From: Octopus vulgaris
Taxonomy: Eukaryota
Reading direction: 5' to 3'
DNA: 64,000 bases
NCBI GenBank assembly: GCA_951406725.2
Contig: OX597827.1
Span: forward strand, 79,174,001-79,238,000
A program made the position numbers and the translations under genes. Shown piece after piece: positions 23,611-38,575 of the stretch (its first letter is position 1; each line of letters opens with the position of its first letter). A model generated the notes under the pieces. It was not told where the DNA came from and did no database searches. It saw only the letters and a program-made list of their open reading frames with translations.

Positions 23611-25099
23611 CTGGTGATTAGAAAACAGAGTGAAACAATGTTGAAAAATAATATAACAGAAACATTAGGAAGAAAAATGTTCATCTATAATAGAAATATA
23701 TGCAGGTGAAATTTTAAAATAGTGTGTGTACACATTTAGAATAAATCTCAGAGTTTGAAGAAAGAAATACCATTGTTGGCTTTTAAGTTCCATAGAATAG
23801 AAGTTAAACTCCAGTCAGTTGTATTTGTAAGTGAGGTTTGATTCTCAGTTAGAGATATTACACATTGTTATAATAACTAATACCATGCAGATGCCACAGG
23901 AACTGGTGGTGGTCTGTTTTGGCAAAAATCCTTCAGTGAAGTTGATGGATTTTGATAAGTTCTTCTGATGTTGTGAAGAGGAATCTGACATTCTGGGATT
24001 GACTTTTTGTATGAGAGAAACGAAAATTAATTCTGGCTCAATCCTGTTGTAGATCACTTGAAAAATAAAAAGTTTTCAGAGGCAGAAAATCTTCTTTGAT
24101 TTCAAGTATTCCCATAGGATAATAATTCCATGACCTGATAGTGAATTCTGCAGCTATTTCAAGTTTCTTATTGAATAAATGTCCAAAATAAACATCTCTC
24201 ATGAAAACCAACATATTTCTTACCCTTATAATTATAATTTGGAACCTTATAAAATCAAACTTTGTCATCAATCAAGACTGAAAGACATTCAAACACTCTG
24301 ATACAACTTTGACCAAACATATTGACAGAGAGTATCCAATAATGTTCTGATGATACAATTAAAACTAGAATAAACTTGTTTAAAGTAATTATCTGCAGTA
24401 ACCATTAATGAATTAAATGTAACAAGAGTATAAATATGAAATATTACTTTAATTAATACAAATGTATTTAAAATATATTTTTTCAATAAGATTTGTCAGA
24501 TTATTAACCCCAACTTTAGAGATGAAAATATATTTTCATCTTCATTTATAATTAATTGGAAATCAAAGTAACCAAAACAGAAGCTAGATGCAAATGACTA
24601 AAACATTGTCATTTTTATAGACCAGATAAATAATTAAAACTCTTTTAGAATATTTAGACAACCACTACATCACCAATATTGCAAACATTTCCAATGAATT
24701 AACAGACATGATTCAAATTTGCAATACACAAGAGAAAAAAGAATATTACATCTCAATATCTCTGAATTTTACAAGGAACTGATTGTTTCAGAATTATAGA
24801 TATTAATTATAATTATATAATTATAGATTCATAACTGCTTTGAGTTATGGAAATGAAAGTGTCATTTCAAGGCGGAAAATATCATATACCTAATTGAAAT
24901 ATATATAACGATGATGATGAAGGTGACATGTGAGAAATATTCCATATCTTTGTATGAGGTATATTGGAGGGTCATTCTAGTTTATTGAGTAATTTAATTC
25001 ACTCAAACAAACAATTACATACACACGCACATTTATATATGCGCCAGTGTAAATATTTTTGTCAGTCTTAAAATGGAAAATATTGAAAATAATATTTAC

Positions 25100-27499
25100 C
25101 TGAGGCACAGGTGGAAGTCTCCTTTGTGTTGTTGAGAATTTCCACTCATCTGGTGTCTGTTCCATCTCCAGAAAAAACTGACTTTTAGATTTTATTGTCT
25201 GAAGGTTTCGGTTAAATATCTCTTCTGCATTTCTTGTTATTGCAACAGGATTGTTAGTCTGATACAGTAATTGTCTCATCTCAGTCTGAGAGAGAAAGTT
25301 GGGATTCTCTGCTGTTGTGGGTGAGTTATTTGTGTGATTAATACATCTGAAAACACACAGTGTTATGGACACTACAATAGCCACAGATAGTATTACAGCT
25401 GCTGCTACAATGATAATTACCCAAGTCATATTCAGGTCGTGACCAGACTGGAATGGCACAGCAGTCAACATTGGAGATGTATCATTACTAACAAACAGTG
25501 TTAGTATGATAGCAGTTGTTGCTGATTGAACTGGAGTACCACCGTCTTTCACTATAAACTGCAGCTCATATGTTCCTGCATCATTTTGGTAAACTGTGCG
25601 AGAGAAAGATAACACACCAGTGTGTGAGTTCACTGTAAACAGGTTTTTATCATTGGATCTCAGTATTCCATATGTGAGGAAAGCATTGTTTCCAGTGTCT
25701 TTGTCAGATGCTTTCAGAATTGTGATGTCCTTCTTACTGTGTGGATGGTAGTGGACATCGAGATTGTAAGGGTCATTATTAGGAAACGTAAAATACGGAG
25801 CATTATCATTTTTATCTAGAATCTCAATAACAATATTGGCAGTGTCATTGAGAGAAGGTGTTCCATTATCTTTCACTAAAACCTTGAACTTATAGATGTC
25901 TTTCATTTCTCGATCTATTGGTTGTGATGTAGAAATAAATCCATATTTTGTCAGTTGGAAAGGAATGTTATCATTGTTGTTATCATTGATGATAGAATAT
26001 GTAAGTTGGCCTCCATCTCCAAAATCAGGGTCCGTAGCATTGATGAAGCCAATAGGGAAGTCAACTTTCTGGTTTTCATAGGTGAGGAATTGGAATGTCT
26101 CTTTGGTAAAATGTGGTTCTACATCATTGACATCAGTTACTTTGACAGAGAAATATTTTTTACTTTCTAGTTGAGGTGACCCCATGTCATGACACACAAT
26201 AGATACTTTATAGTGGTCCCTTATTTCTCTGTCAAGATGGCCCTTAACAATCATTTTATATTCTTTAGTATCTATTTTCGCAACTTTAAATTTATCATGT
26301 TTTAAATCACAGATAACCTCACCATTAGGTCCACTATCAGTGTCAGTGACCATAACATAAGCTATAAAACTATCTACTTCACTGTCTTCTGAAACAGCTG
26401 CTGAGCTCTCCGATAAAGGAGATACAAAATCTATATTTATGAATGGAGCAGTATTCTGATGGTTAACAACATGAATCTGGACTTTGGTTAAAGAACTAAG
26501 GGGAGGTTTTCCTCCATCTCTTGCTTCTATAAATAATTTATAAGACTGCTTTTTACTAACTTGAAAATTATCATGTAAAAATAAATCACCTGTTTTCTTA
26601 TCTAATACAAAATATTTCTGAATATTTTGAGATGTTTTATGGTTGAAATGATAAGAAATCTTTCCATTTTGTCCAGAATCTTTATCTGTGGCTTTTAAAG
26701 TAAGAAATGGTAAATGTCTTTGATGTGAATTACTTATAGAGATGTTGTAGAGTTTCTGTGAAAATATAGGTATGTTATCATTGACATCTGTCACAGATAT
26801 ATGTACCTTGAGTGTAGCTGTTTTGGGAGGGTTTCCTCCATCTTTAGCTTCCAGGGTCAACATATATGAGTCTTTTACTTCCCTGTCTAATTTATCTCCT
26901 AGAACTAGAGTAGGTATGAAAACACCATCATAACGCTTTTCAACTGAAAGTGAAAATGGTTCTCTCTTAGTTTTCTTAATCATATATGTAATTTGAGAAT
27001 TCTTTGTTGAAATATCCTTATCAATGGCATTTAGGAGAGATATTTTATCGCCTTTTCTACCTATTTCAGAAAATTCAATGTTAACTTCATTTTGTGGAAA
27101 TTCTGGTGAATGGTCATTGACATCTTCTATGAATATTTTTATCTTTAGAATCTTCATAAAAGTTTTCCCTTTCCTCACTGCTACTTTAACTATTCTGGAA
27201 CATTCCTTGCTGTATGTACACAGAGACTCAGCATCCAGTGTTTGAGTAGTGTATAGTTTTCCTGAGTTGGTGACATTAAATAAGTGAGAACCACTCTCGA
27301 CTGTCCTTTGTAGTTGTGTAAATGTAATGAGAGTGTGTTGTTGATGTGTGAGAGGGTGTGATAAGTTGGAGTCAACAGCAATGTCTCCTATATAGGTGTG
27401 AGGTCTGTCTTCTTCCTTGACATGGTATGTAATATCTATGGACAGTACAAGGGCGATCAGTAAATGTAGAAGACACAGTAGACCAATATATGCTGTCAT
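25100..27499 (-). CDS. PCDH: Protocadherin P3, large coding exon (800 codons)
   Basis: Intact ORF; donor at 25100; acceptor at 27537. Confidence 0.95.
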
Positions 27500-27999
27500 G
27501 TTTGGAATTTTTCATCACACTTTAGCAGGAGAAATTTCTACAAAAGAAAAGAGGAATATTTAAAGTCTATGTAAAAAATGACTCATCATTATAATAATGA
27601 TAGTCTAAATATTTTTTCTTTCTTCAGATATATTTCACTAGATCAGTGTTTCTCATTAAGGTTGTCTAATGAGCATTGAAAAGGAAGCAGACATATCGTC
27701 ATGTTTAATGCAATTCAGATGAATTTTAAGTTTTTTAACTTGTCCAACATCATGTGAAAGATGGAATTACATACAGAGGTGTAAACTGTGACGGCAGAAC
27801 TCAACAACACCATAACTAATGAGAAGCTGCCCTAAAAAACATATTACAATAACTAATGTAAGATAAATAACTTTGTGTTTTGACCAAAGATTGGCCCAAC
27901 TATGTCTAATTTAATAGCACAACTTGATAGGATCTGTTAAGTCATTTTGAAGTCAAGTTTTGTGGTATCATGGCCCACTGAAGGAGGGAGTTGTTTTTG

Positions 28000-28270
28000 A
28001 TTGAAATGTATCCAGGTATAGGGGAATTATCTGGTATCCCTTGAAGAAATTTGTCTAGGTTTTGTGTGAAGGTGAAAGGATCTTTTGTTTTGGGATAATG
28101 TTAAATAGAACAGAGCCTGTTGAGGAAAAGAAATTGTGATACAGTGAATTGATGTGCTGTGATCCTAAACGGTGTTGTGGGTGCATGGTATATGGCCTGA
28201 GACTTGGATGAATTCTGAATCTGATGTTAAGGTTGTTTAGGCAATGCTGGTGATAAATCCTCCATATTGT
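28000..28270 (-). mobile_element. Possible old LINE 3' fragment
   Basis: Minus strand reads IWRIYHQHC...IRFRIHP...FSSTGSVLFNIIPK, reminiscent of LINE ORF2 C-termini; weak. Confidence 0.35.
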
Positions 28271-29029
28271 GGTGCTTAAGGTTAAAAAGAATTAAACTTA
28301 TATCTCTCAGAGAAACGATAAGAAGGAAGAGGGTTCAGATATCTGATGCAAGAAACTACTGAAGTAGAAACACTAGTAATAGGTGTGGGGGGAAACATCG
28401 ATAGAGAAAGAATGATAATTAGTAGAAAAGTGAACCATTTGATTGGCAACCTCAAGAGGAAGAACAAGAGGAATGTTTGGCAAAAGAATGACCATGGAGA
28501 TATTTATAGAATAGAGATAAAGAAGGAATGTTCTAATGGTGGTAAAACAGGACCAATAATGTTAGAAATTTGCTTCTGAATGTAATCAAGGAGAGAAAGA
28601 ACACTGGTAGAGACACCTGCAGGGTTACCAGCCCAGGTGTGGCAACAGTTTTTATTAGAAAGGTGAAAAAGAGATTTATAAAGATGTAGAATACATTGAA
28701 ATTAAAGACAATTACCTCTGATATAGAGATATGGCCATAAATTTGGAGGGAGGGTTTAGTAAATGAAGTTGGTCACAGTACTCTGAATGGTACTTTACTT
28801 TATTGACCCTAGAGGGATGAAAAGTGAAGATGACTTCAACAAGACTTGAAATCAGTAAATAAAGAACTGGAACAAATACTGCAAAAGTATTTTATCTGAT
28901 GTTCTAACAATTCTGCCAATCCATCTCACTAATTTGCATAGGAAAGATAATTACAAGCTCAATATAGAGATCCAACATTTATTGTGACTAATTTAGCAAT
29001 AAATTTAAAAGATGAAGACTAAAGTGAGA

Positions 29030-29830
29030 TCGCAGCCATGGCTGAATGCCAGTGTTGCATGTCTGGCCCATTTAAAAGTACTTTGATGCATCAAGCAATA
29101 TGATATGCTTGAGAAGACCTGTTGAGTCAAGTAAAATCAAAATTGTAGCTATGGCCAGTACCTCCTGACTGACACCCATGCTGGTGGCACATAAAATACA
29201 CCATCTGAATGTGGTTGATGCCAGTGCCCACTGACTGGCTCCTGTAACGGTGGCATGTAAAAAGCACCATCTGAATGTGGTCAATGCCAGGTTCACCTGA
29301 CTGGCTCCTGTGCCAGTGGCATGGAGAAGGCACCATCCAAACATGGTCAATGCCCATGCCCACTGACTGGCTCCCATGCTGGTGGCATGTAAAAAGAACT
29401 ATCTGAATGTGATTGATGCCGGTGGCACGTAAAAAGCACCCACTACACTCTCAGAGTGGTTGACGTTAGGAAGGGCATCTAGCTATAGAAACATTGCCAG
29501 ATCAGATTGGAGCCTGGTGCAGTTGCTGGCTCTCCAAACCTCAGTCAAACTGTCCAACCCATGCCAGCAGGGAAAACGGACGTTAAACAATGATGATGAT
29601 GATGATGATAACCAATACCATCACAGAATATTCACAAACTTCAGAGACAACAAATCTACAAACTACATCTCTGTTGTCAGAGTGGCTGGTGTTAGGAAGG
29701 GCGTCCAGCAGTAAAAACCCTGCCAAAACAGACAGATACGTGGGTTACTCTTCTACCTGGCCTGCTCCAGTCAACCGTCCTAACCATACATGCATGGAAG
29801 ACGGATATTAACCGATGATGATGATAATGG
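29030..29830 (+). mobile_element. Long SINE-like element with internal ~60-bp tandem repeats (29150-29430), followed by a second partial copy (29670-29830)
   Basis: About four units of caccatctgaatgtggttgatgccagtgcccactgactggctcc..tggcatgtaaaaag, then the standard family body and (GAT)n tail. Confidence 0.75.
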
Positions 29831-30677
29831 TGATGAACACATGACTATATTTATCACCATCTTGATACTACTAACTACTACTACTGATGATGATGATGAT
29901 AATAATAATAATATAAAAACATTCCAAGTTTAATATAAATACATAGAAATATACAAAAGATATTTAACAAGTGGTATTATATTCCCTACTGAATCTCATT
30001 TTACCTTATATTGTGCCTGTAAAGGCATGAACTTGGTAGCCACCTTATTATTACTATAAATAACAATAATAATACTTCTTTATATATATATATACTTTAT
30101 ACATCAAGGTCTAATGTCTACTCTTATCAGTTTAATATATACATACATAAATATATATATATATAAATATCTATACACAGGGATATTAGTGATTTGTTAG
30201 CATTTGTAAATGGTGGAGAATGATTAAGATTTAATTGGTGAATTATTATAACAAAATAGATTTAAACTATACTGACATACATTACTGAAACCCAATCTTA
30301 TTGGTTTTCAATAAATGCTTTCTGATACCGAAATAAATATACATACACTTACTTTGGACTATATTAGATCAATATTGTATATAAAATATATCACAGCAAT
30401 ATATATATATAGTTTAATATCTCTTGTATAATGTTGTCTTATGTGATGCTGACATTAAAAGATGTAATTCAGTTTGAAGTAATTGTATTACAATGACTAC
30501 TGCAGCTATTGTTGTTGTTGTTGTTAATGGTGGAAGTGATGGCTAGATCTCTCGATCCTCCACTGTCCCAGTCCCTGTATATATACAACATGGCAGACAT
30601 TTTAGATATTATCCTTACCCTGTCTTTCATTAGAAACACAAATAATATAAATGTTATAATGAATATGAAAAGATAAT

Positions 30678-30713
<36 letters not shown>

Positions 30714-31145
30714 CTGCATTGTTTAATCCTTCACTGTAGTTGTGTGTGATGGATGATGTGTATCCTGCTGTAGTGTTCCACTCCAACTGCTGCTGCTGCT
30801 GCTGTAGTGGTATTATAGTGGTACTGCTGCTGTTGTAGTAGTGTTCCTGTGTTACTGCTGCTGCTGCTGCTGTTCCTGTGTAACTGCTGATATAATAGTG
30901 TGACAGTTGCTGTATGTAGTGGGAGGTGAGATGTTAGCCAGATGCTGGTGTGTGCTAGTTACAACTCTATGTCCTCCACACACACACACAATTGTGTGTA
31001 TGATGAACAAAGAAAAAAGCTATCAGCCTCACTTTCAATATTGAAAGAAATATAGAAAATCTCTCTCATCCAATAGGAAATTACTGCAATGTTGTCTGTG
31101 TCACAAAAACACATCAAACAACAGAATTCATGTTAAACAGAAGCA
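30714..31145 (-). promoter_or_regulatory. Putative P3 promoter module plus 5' leader exon (donor 30714, CCAAT 31070-31074)
   Basis: Copy of 21982-22405. Confidence 0.65.
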
Positions 31146-31948
31146 ACTTCATAGTTGATATGTAATAATAACAATATATTACATATTTTCTGTCCAGAAA
31201 TTAAAAGTTTACATGAAAAATACAAATGTATTATAACATAATTTGACACCTTTTTTTAAAAAAAAGATGAAAATTATATTACAGACAGTAAAAGTTTGTC
31301 TATTTTTGAAGTTTATTTTAAATAAAATTTAAATAAATCTAATTTAATCATAGAAATAAAAATATTTCCAAATGAATTATTTTGAAGGAAAAAATGATTT
31401 TCCAGAAATATTCTAATTTATCTTCAATATTTGATCAATTTTAAAATTTAAGAAAAGTTCAAAAATGAGTAGTTTTTTGTAGTATGCAATCTTTAATTTT
31501 AGAGGTCAACAACAACTATCTATCTATGAGGATGGTAATTTGTAAAAGTACTTCTTAAGTTGATACAATGAGAAAAGGCTAAGAGAAAAAATTGTAAATA
31601 AATGTGAAATAATCGAAAGTACAATTTAGAATTGGTGTCAAATGAAAACAATATAATTAAACCATCGAGGAAGACTCAGACTAATTTATCTATGCTTAGT
31701 GAAATGTCTATACTAAAACTGACGGGAAAATAACTATAATAATTAACTATGGTAATGTAGAGCTGGGTGTTTGTAACAATTAATGTACCGGAGATGGAAA
31801 TTAGGAGTCATAAGTGATGCAACTGTAAGGCCCCTTACGTGTGTGATGTGTGAAAGAAACATAGAGTTGATATTTTTATCTGTATATATAGTATTGTATA
31901 AGATTTGGTGTGTGAGAGAATCATTTAACAATAGTCATGGAACATCTA

Positions 31949-32028
31949 CTATGTTGGCTGTAGATAGGTATCTTGTATTTGTTGTCCCTTTAGTATTGTG
32001 GCTGCCACTGGATTGTCATTGGTATATT
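31949..32028 (-). CDS. PCDH: P4 terminal coding exon
   Basis: Copy of 13755-13834, with a synonymous GTT>GTG change. Confidence 0.75.
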
Positions 32029-32192
32029 CTGCAAAATATCAAATATACAAACACAAATTACATTTCAATATAACAACTCCAATGTATAAAGATAGAAACA
32101 TTGATCTTATATTACACTAAGCATAACATTATATATTGTCCTGCAGTAATAAAGGCAATTACATTTATATGTAATGTTTCGATAAAAGTTAC

Positions 32193-32337
32193 CTGGTTCA
32201 GCAGGTATCTCATCATATGGTTTAGTCTTGCCATTACTCTTGCTAGCTTCTCTGTCCTTTTGGGATGTTAAGGTGTCACTGTTGTAAGACATGATGGAAC
32301 TGGTGCGACGTTCTTGACTATGGATTGAATCACATCT
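32193..32337 (-). CDS. PCDH: P4 cytoplasmic tail exon
   Basis: Intact acceptor and donor, 145 nt, open. Confidence 0.8.
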
Positions 32338-32674
32338 CTGTTGATTGGAATAACAAAGCAGAGTGAATCATTAGTTTAAAAAGAAGAAACATTTGCATTT
32401 ATATTCTAGAATGCCCCAGGTAAGACACAAGGAAGAGTAATACAATCACACCAACAGAAATATTAATATTCAACAATTTATTTGTGTAAAAGAATTAGAG
32501 AAACAAGTTTAGTTGTTAAATGAAGTAATTCTACTTATTCTGAAAGGTGTAAATTGATAGGAAAGCTTTTACATTTCTAGAAAGGAAAGGAAAAAATATA
32601 CAAACTAGAACATAACTGTTATAACCACATCTGTGATATATCATTTCCGAAAAATCAATTAAAATAATATTTAC

Positions 32675-35077
32675 CTGAGGCACAGGTGGAAGTCTCCTTT
32701 GTGTTGTTGAGAATTTCCACTCATCTGGTGTCTGTTCCATCTCCAGAAAAAACTGACTTTTAGATTTTATTGTCTGAAGATTTCGGTTAAATATCTCTTC
32801 TGCATTTCTCGTTATTGCAACAGGATTGTTAGTCTGATACAGTAATTGTCTCATCTCAGTCTGAGAGAGAAAGTTGGGATTCTCTGCTGTTGTGGGTGAG
32901 TTATTTGTGTGATTAATACATCTGAAAACACACAGTGTTATGGACACTACAATAGCCACAGATAGTATTACAGCTGCTGCTACAATGATAATTACCCAAG
33001 TCATATTCAGGTCGTGACCAGACTGGAATGGCACAGCAGTCAACATTGGAGAAGTATCATTACTAACAAACAGTGTTAGTATGATAGCAGTTGTTGCTGA
33101 TTGAACTGGAGTACCACCGTCTCTCACTATAAACTGCAGCTCATATGTTCCTGCATCATTTTGGTAAACTGTGCGAGAGAAAGATAACACACCAGTGTGT
33201 GAGTTCACAGTAAACAGGTTTTTATCATTGGATCTCAGTATTCCATATGTGAGGAAAGCATTGTTTCCAGTGTCTTTGTCAGATGCTCTCAGAATTGTGA
33301 TGTCCTTCTTACTGTGTGGATGGTAGTGGACATCGAGATTGTAAGGGTCATTATTAGGAAACGTAAAATACGGAGCATTATCATTTTTATCTAGAATCTC
33401 AATAACAATATTGGCAGTGTCATTGAGAGAAGGTGTTCCATTATCTTTCACTAAAACCTTGAACTTATAGATGTCTTTCATTTCTCGATCTATTGGTTGT
33501 GATGTAGAAATAAATCCATATTTTGTCAGTTGGAAAGGAATGTTATCATTGTTGTTATCATTGATGATAGAATATGTAAGTTGGCCTCCATCTCCCAAGA
33601 TCAGGGTCTGTAGCATTGATGAAGCCAATAGGGAAGTCAACTTTCTGGTTTTCATAGGTGAGGAATTGGAATGTCTCTTTGGTAAAATGTGGTTCTACAT
33701 CATTGACATCAGTTACTTTGACAGAGAAATATTTTTTACTTTCTAGTTGAGGTGACCCCATGTCATGACACACAATAGATACTTTATAGTGGTCTCTTAT
33801 TTCTCTGTCAAGATGACCCTTAACAATCATTTTATATTCTTTAGAATCTATTTTGGCAAGTTTAAATTTATCATGTTTTAAATCACAGATAACCTCACCA
33901 TTAGGTCCACTATCAGTGTCAGTGACCATAACATAAGCTATAAAACTATCTACTTCACTGTCTTCTGAAACTGCTGCTGAAGCTCTCTGACAAAGGAGAT
34001 ACAAAATCTATGTTTATCAATGGAGCAGTATTTTGGTTATTAATAATGTGAATCTGGACTTTGGTTACAGAACTAAGGGGAGGTTTTCCTCCATCTCTTG
34101 CTTCTATAAATAATTTATATGATTGCTTTTTACTAAAATGAAAATTATCATGTAAAAATAAATCACCTGTTTTCTTATCTAATACAAAATATTTCTGGAT
34201 ATTTCGAGATGTTTTATGGTTGAAATGATAAGAAATCTTTCCATTGTCTCCAGAATCTTGATCTGTGGCCTTTAAAGTAAGAATTGGTAAATGTCTTTGA
34301 TGTGAATCGCTTATGGAAATGTTGTAGAGTTTCTGAGAAAATACAGGTGCATTATCATTGACATCTGTCACAGATATGTGTACCTTGAGTGTAGCTGTTT
34401 TTGATGGGTACCCTCCATCTTTAGCTTACTAAAGTCAACATATATGAGTCTTTGAGTTCTCTGTCTAATTTGTCCTCTAGAACCAGTCCTGGAATATAGA
34501 CACCATCATGTCGCTTTGTGACAGAGAGAGAAAATGGTTCTCTTCTACTTTTCTTAATCAAGTATGTAATCTGAGAATTTTGTATTGAAATATCTTCATC
34601 AATAGCATTTGGAATTGTTTTTGTTAGACCTTTTGATTCAGTTTCACTAAATTCTATGTCAACTTTCTGATAAGGAAATTCTGGAGAATGGTCATTAATG
34701 TCTTCTATCAATATTTTTATCTTCAGAATTTTCAAAAATGTTTTTCCTTTCCTCACTGCTACTTTAACAATTCTGGAACATTCCTTGTTGTATGTACAGA
34801 GGGACTCAGCATTCAGTGTTTGAGTAGTGTAAAGTTTTCCTGAGTTGGTGACATTAAATAAGTGAGACCCACTCTCGACTGTCCTTTGTAGTTGTGTAAA
34901 TGTAATGAGAGTGTGTTGTTGATGTGTGAGAGGGTGTGATAAGTTGGAGTCAACAGCAATGTCTCCTATATAGGTGTGAGGTCTGTCTTCTTCCTTGACA
35001 TGGTATGTAATATCTATGGACAGTACAAGGGTGATCAGTAAATGTAGAAGACACAGTAGACCAATATATGCTGTCAT
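32675..35077 (-). pseudogene. PCDH: Protocadherin P4 large exon with three +1 insertions (~33595, ~33981, ~34428): pseudogene or assembly error
   Basis: Full-length paralog (2403 nt versus 2400) split over four ORFs; donor at 32675 and acceptor at 35115 intact. Confidence 0.8.
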
Positions 35078-35269
35078 GTCTGGAATTCTTCATCACACTT
35101 TAGCAGGAGATATTTCTACAAAAGAAAAGAAATATTTTATGTCTAAAAAATGAAAATATGATAAATTTTAATAACCAGTGCACAAATATAATTTCCATCT
35201 CTAAATACTCACTGAAGAATTAAAAATGATATTTCTGATGTGCCAATCTGTAATGGAATATATGGCTAG

Positions 35270-35830
35270 AGTTATAGCTAGAGGTAGACCCAGGAAAAAA
35301 TGGGACGAGGTAGTGATGCATGATCTTTGAACTTTGAACCTCATAGAGGCAACAACTAGAAACCAAGATCTTTGGCAATATGCTGTGCTTGAGAAGACCC
35401 GTGAAGCCAAGTGAAATCTTAGTTGTGGCTGATGATCATGCCAAGTAACTGACACCTGTACCAGTGACATGTAAAAAGCACTTTTTGAGTGTTGGCTATC
35501 CAGGAAGCAAAGTGACTGAGTTCCTTTTAAGTGTTGGGCCTCATGGAGGCAATGACCAAGAACTTTGGCATTATGTCATGCTGGAGAAGAAGACCCATCA
35601 AGCTGAGCAAAATCACAGTCATGGCAGACACTGGTATCACACAAATGGCACCAGTGCTGGTGGAACATAAAAGTACCCATTACACTCTCAGAGTGGTTGG
35701 TGTTAGGAAGGGCATCCAGCTGTAGAAAACCTGGAGTCTGGTGCAGCTTTCCAGCTTCCCAGCGCTGGTGAAACTGTTCAACCCATGCCAGCATGGACAA
35801 CAGATGTTAAATAATGATGATGATGATGAG
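35270..35830 (+). mobile_element. RTE-LINE 3' tail fragment joined to a (GAT)n-tailed SINE-like repeat
   Basis: RGRPRKKWDEVVMHDL and gctgtgcttgagaagacc (compare 19380-19510), then the family body. Confidence 0.7.
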
Positions 35831-38575
35831 TTATATTCCTGGAATAATCCAAGATTCCAATGTGAAAGTTAGGGAGTTAACATGCTTCATTTGATCCTTC
35901 AGAATTACATATATGGACACACTAGCTTGGTTATTGTAAAAAAAAAAAAACTAATATTTTCAATGTTCTGTTGTAGAATGTCTATTGACAGTTAGCAAAG
36001 AAAGAATTGTAATTCAACAAATTAAATTGAGATATAACAAGACCGAATTATTTAACATTTACAAGTAACATCAAATGTCCAAAACTTTTATTCAAATGGC
36101 ACAGTATAACATTCATGAACTCTTAAATAAGTGGAATAAAAATAAATATATTAATGAAGTTCTGCTAAATATTTTGCTAAGAAAGTTGAAGACTACTATA
36201 TGGAAGCATATATCAACATATTATCATGTGCCCAGTAAACCTGTACCATTTTGCCAGAGTATGGTCCATTAAATGAACCAATAGAATATTCACAGGTATT
36301 TAGATGTGTGAGAAAACCCTTTATGTAGTTGGTTACTCTGCAAGATAGGACTACACAGCCACAGCAGGAAATGTATCAGGACATGAAATGTAAAAGCCGG
36401 ACTAGACTATTTTATGTGCAACTCCTTTGTCTCCCGAGACAAAAAGGATGCCAACAACTCTGCAAGAAACTGAAGCCATATATCCCTCAAATCACACATA
36501 GTCTTTGTGAAAACAGATTAGCCATACATAAGAAAAGGTTGGATTGTCATAGCTGGGATGCTTCTGGTTACAGGTTTGCTCACTGAAGCCTGGTCTCTTG
36601 TCATTAAGAAATGGTGTCTATGTTCTGCTAAGTAGTAGTTTTAGAGTTCAAATTCCATCAAGGTTGACTTTGCCTTTCATCCTTTTGGAGTCAATTAAGT
36701 AAGTACCAGTTGAGCACTGGGGTTGACGTAATCAACTTGGCCCCCTCCCTCGATTGAGTCAAAATTTGAAACCATTATCAAGAAGTGGAGTGTCAGTATC
36801 TGTTGACATTTTAAGCTGAAGTTGATATGAATAAGGTTCAATTAACCTGGGTTCCTTTCAGCTGATGCGAGAAAGAAATAGCACAGCCAAAAAGGTCTCT
36901 ATACAGTTACTCGACCTGTTAGATATCATAGCTAAACATCCCTCATATCACACTCTACCATCGTTTTTAAGGACAAGATATAAATAAATGTAATCCCACA
37001 CTTCTGAAAAAAAAAGTCATGAATGGAAAGGCTGATCAAATGCTTGCTTGATCAGACCAGACCTAGGGCTAAAAAACAACCACCACCCAGACAGGAGGAG
37101 AGACAGAGAATGTTTCAATTCTAGGTAAGATAATATCAGAAAATATATGAGGATGGGCAAGATGCAGGAAATGGGAAGGAGAGGAGAGTATACGAAGTGG
37201 AGGTGGTTGGTAAAATGTTAATCCAGAGGAGAAGAAAAACATTAGAGCAGTGGCAAGATGTCTGTAGCCGAGTCTGTTTGTAGAATTGTAAATAGGGATG
37301 TATTTAAGGCTTGTTTAGAGATTTCACTGTGGCAGGAGCCTTACAGTTTTGCTAATTTTATAATGTGGTGAGAGAGAGAGAGACAGAGAGAGAGAGAAAG
37401 AAGTGTAATAGAGTGAAATGAAAGGAGACTGTCAATCCAATTGATACAAAAAAACAGTTGCAGTATTATTTAAGAACACAAAGAAAATAGTTTATAAAAA
37501 AATGGGGAAATATTTTGCAATGATTTATATTCTAAGTATACAGATATTGAGTGTAAAATGATTCAATGAATGTTGCTGATTAAAACAGAAAATTTTCAAA
37601 TAGAAATTTGCTTCACAAAATAATTATGAAATTAATTGAATTTTTTTTCCTAATTAATTGTAAGTAAAACAATGTAAATCATGTTCATACACAGTATTTC
37701 TGTTCTGTTTTTCACACTAAATAACAACAATAATAATGTGAAGCATTTTAGTTTGTAGAAACGAGATGATATTATTTCTCATCAATTCTCAACAATTCAA
37801 CACCATTCATCTCTTGTTGTCAGAGTTCATATATTTTAACAACACATGACAATATCATCAGCTTATATCTCACACTAAATATCTTAAATAACAAATCTGC
37901 ACTAAATCATATCTATTACCATGTTCATGATAATAGTAACAAACATTTGCATTTTATTATATACAAAGGAATATATAACGGATATGTAAAAGGGACATTT
38001 GTGATTAATTAGAGTTCATTAAAACTACAGAAAAATTAAGACTTAATTATTACAACAAAAGACATATAAACTATATTGACAGACATTGTTAACACCCAGC
38101 CTTATTGCTTATAAATCAATGTTTTCAGACAGTGGTATATATACACACACAACTAACTTGGACTACATTACATTGATGTTGTGAATATAACATTCCTTCT
38201 CTCTCTCTCCCTCTTGCTATACAGACACACACGCACACACACATATATATATATCTATATATATATAGATCATACATACATAAATTTGCATACACATATA
38301 TTATTTTGTGTGATTCTAACATTAAAAGATGTAATCCAGTTCAAAGTAATTGTATTACAATGACTACTGCAGTTGTTGTTGTTGTTGTTAATGGTGGAAG
38401 TGATGGCTAGATCTCTCGATCCTCCACTGTCCCAGTCCCTGTATATATACAACATGGCAGACATTTTAGATATTATCCTTACCCTGTCTTTCATTAGAAA
38501 CACAAATAATATAAATGTTATAATGAATATGAAAAGATAATAAAGAGAGAGAGAGAGAGAGAGAGGGAGACTTAC

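Noticed and set aside
29150-29430. CRISPR-like repeat array
   Set aside because: Eukaryotic context; degenerate tandem units without unique spacers, inside a SINE-like element
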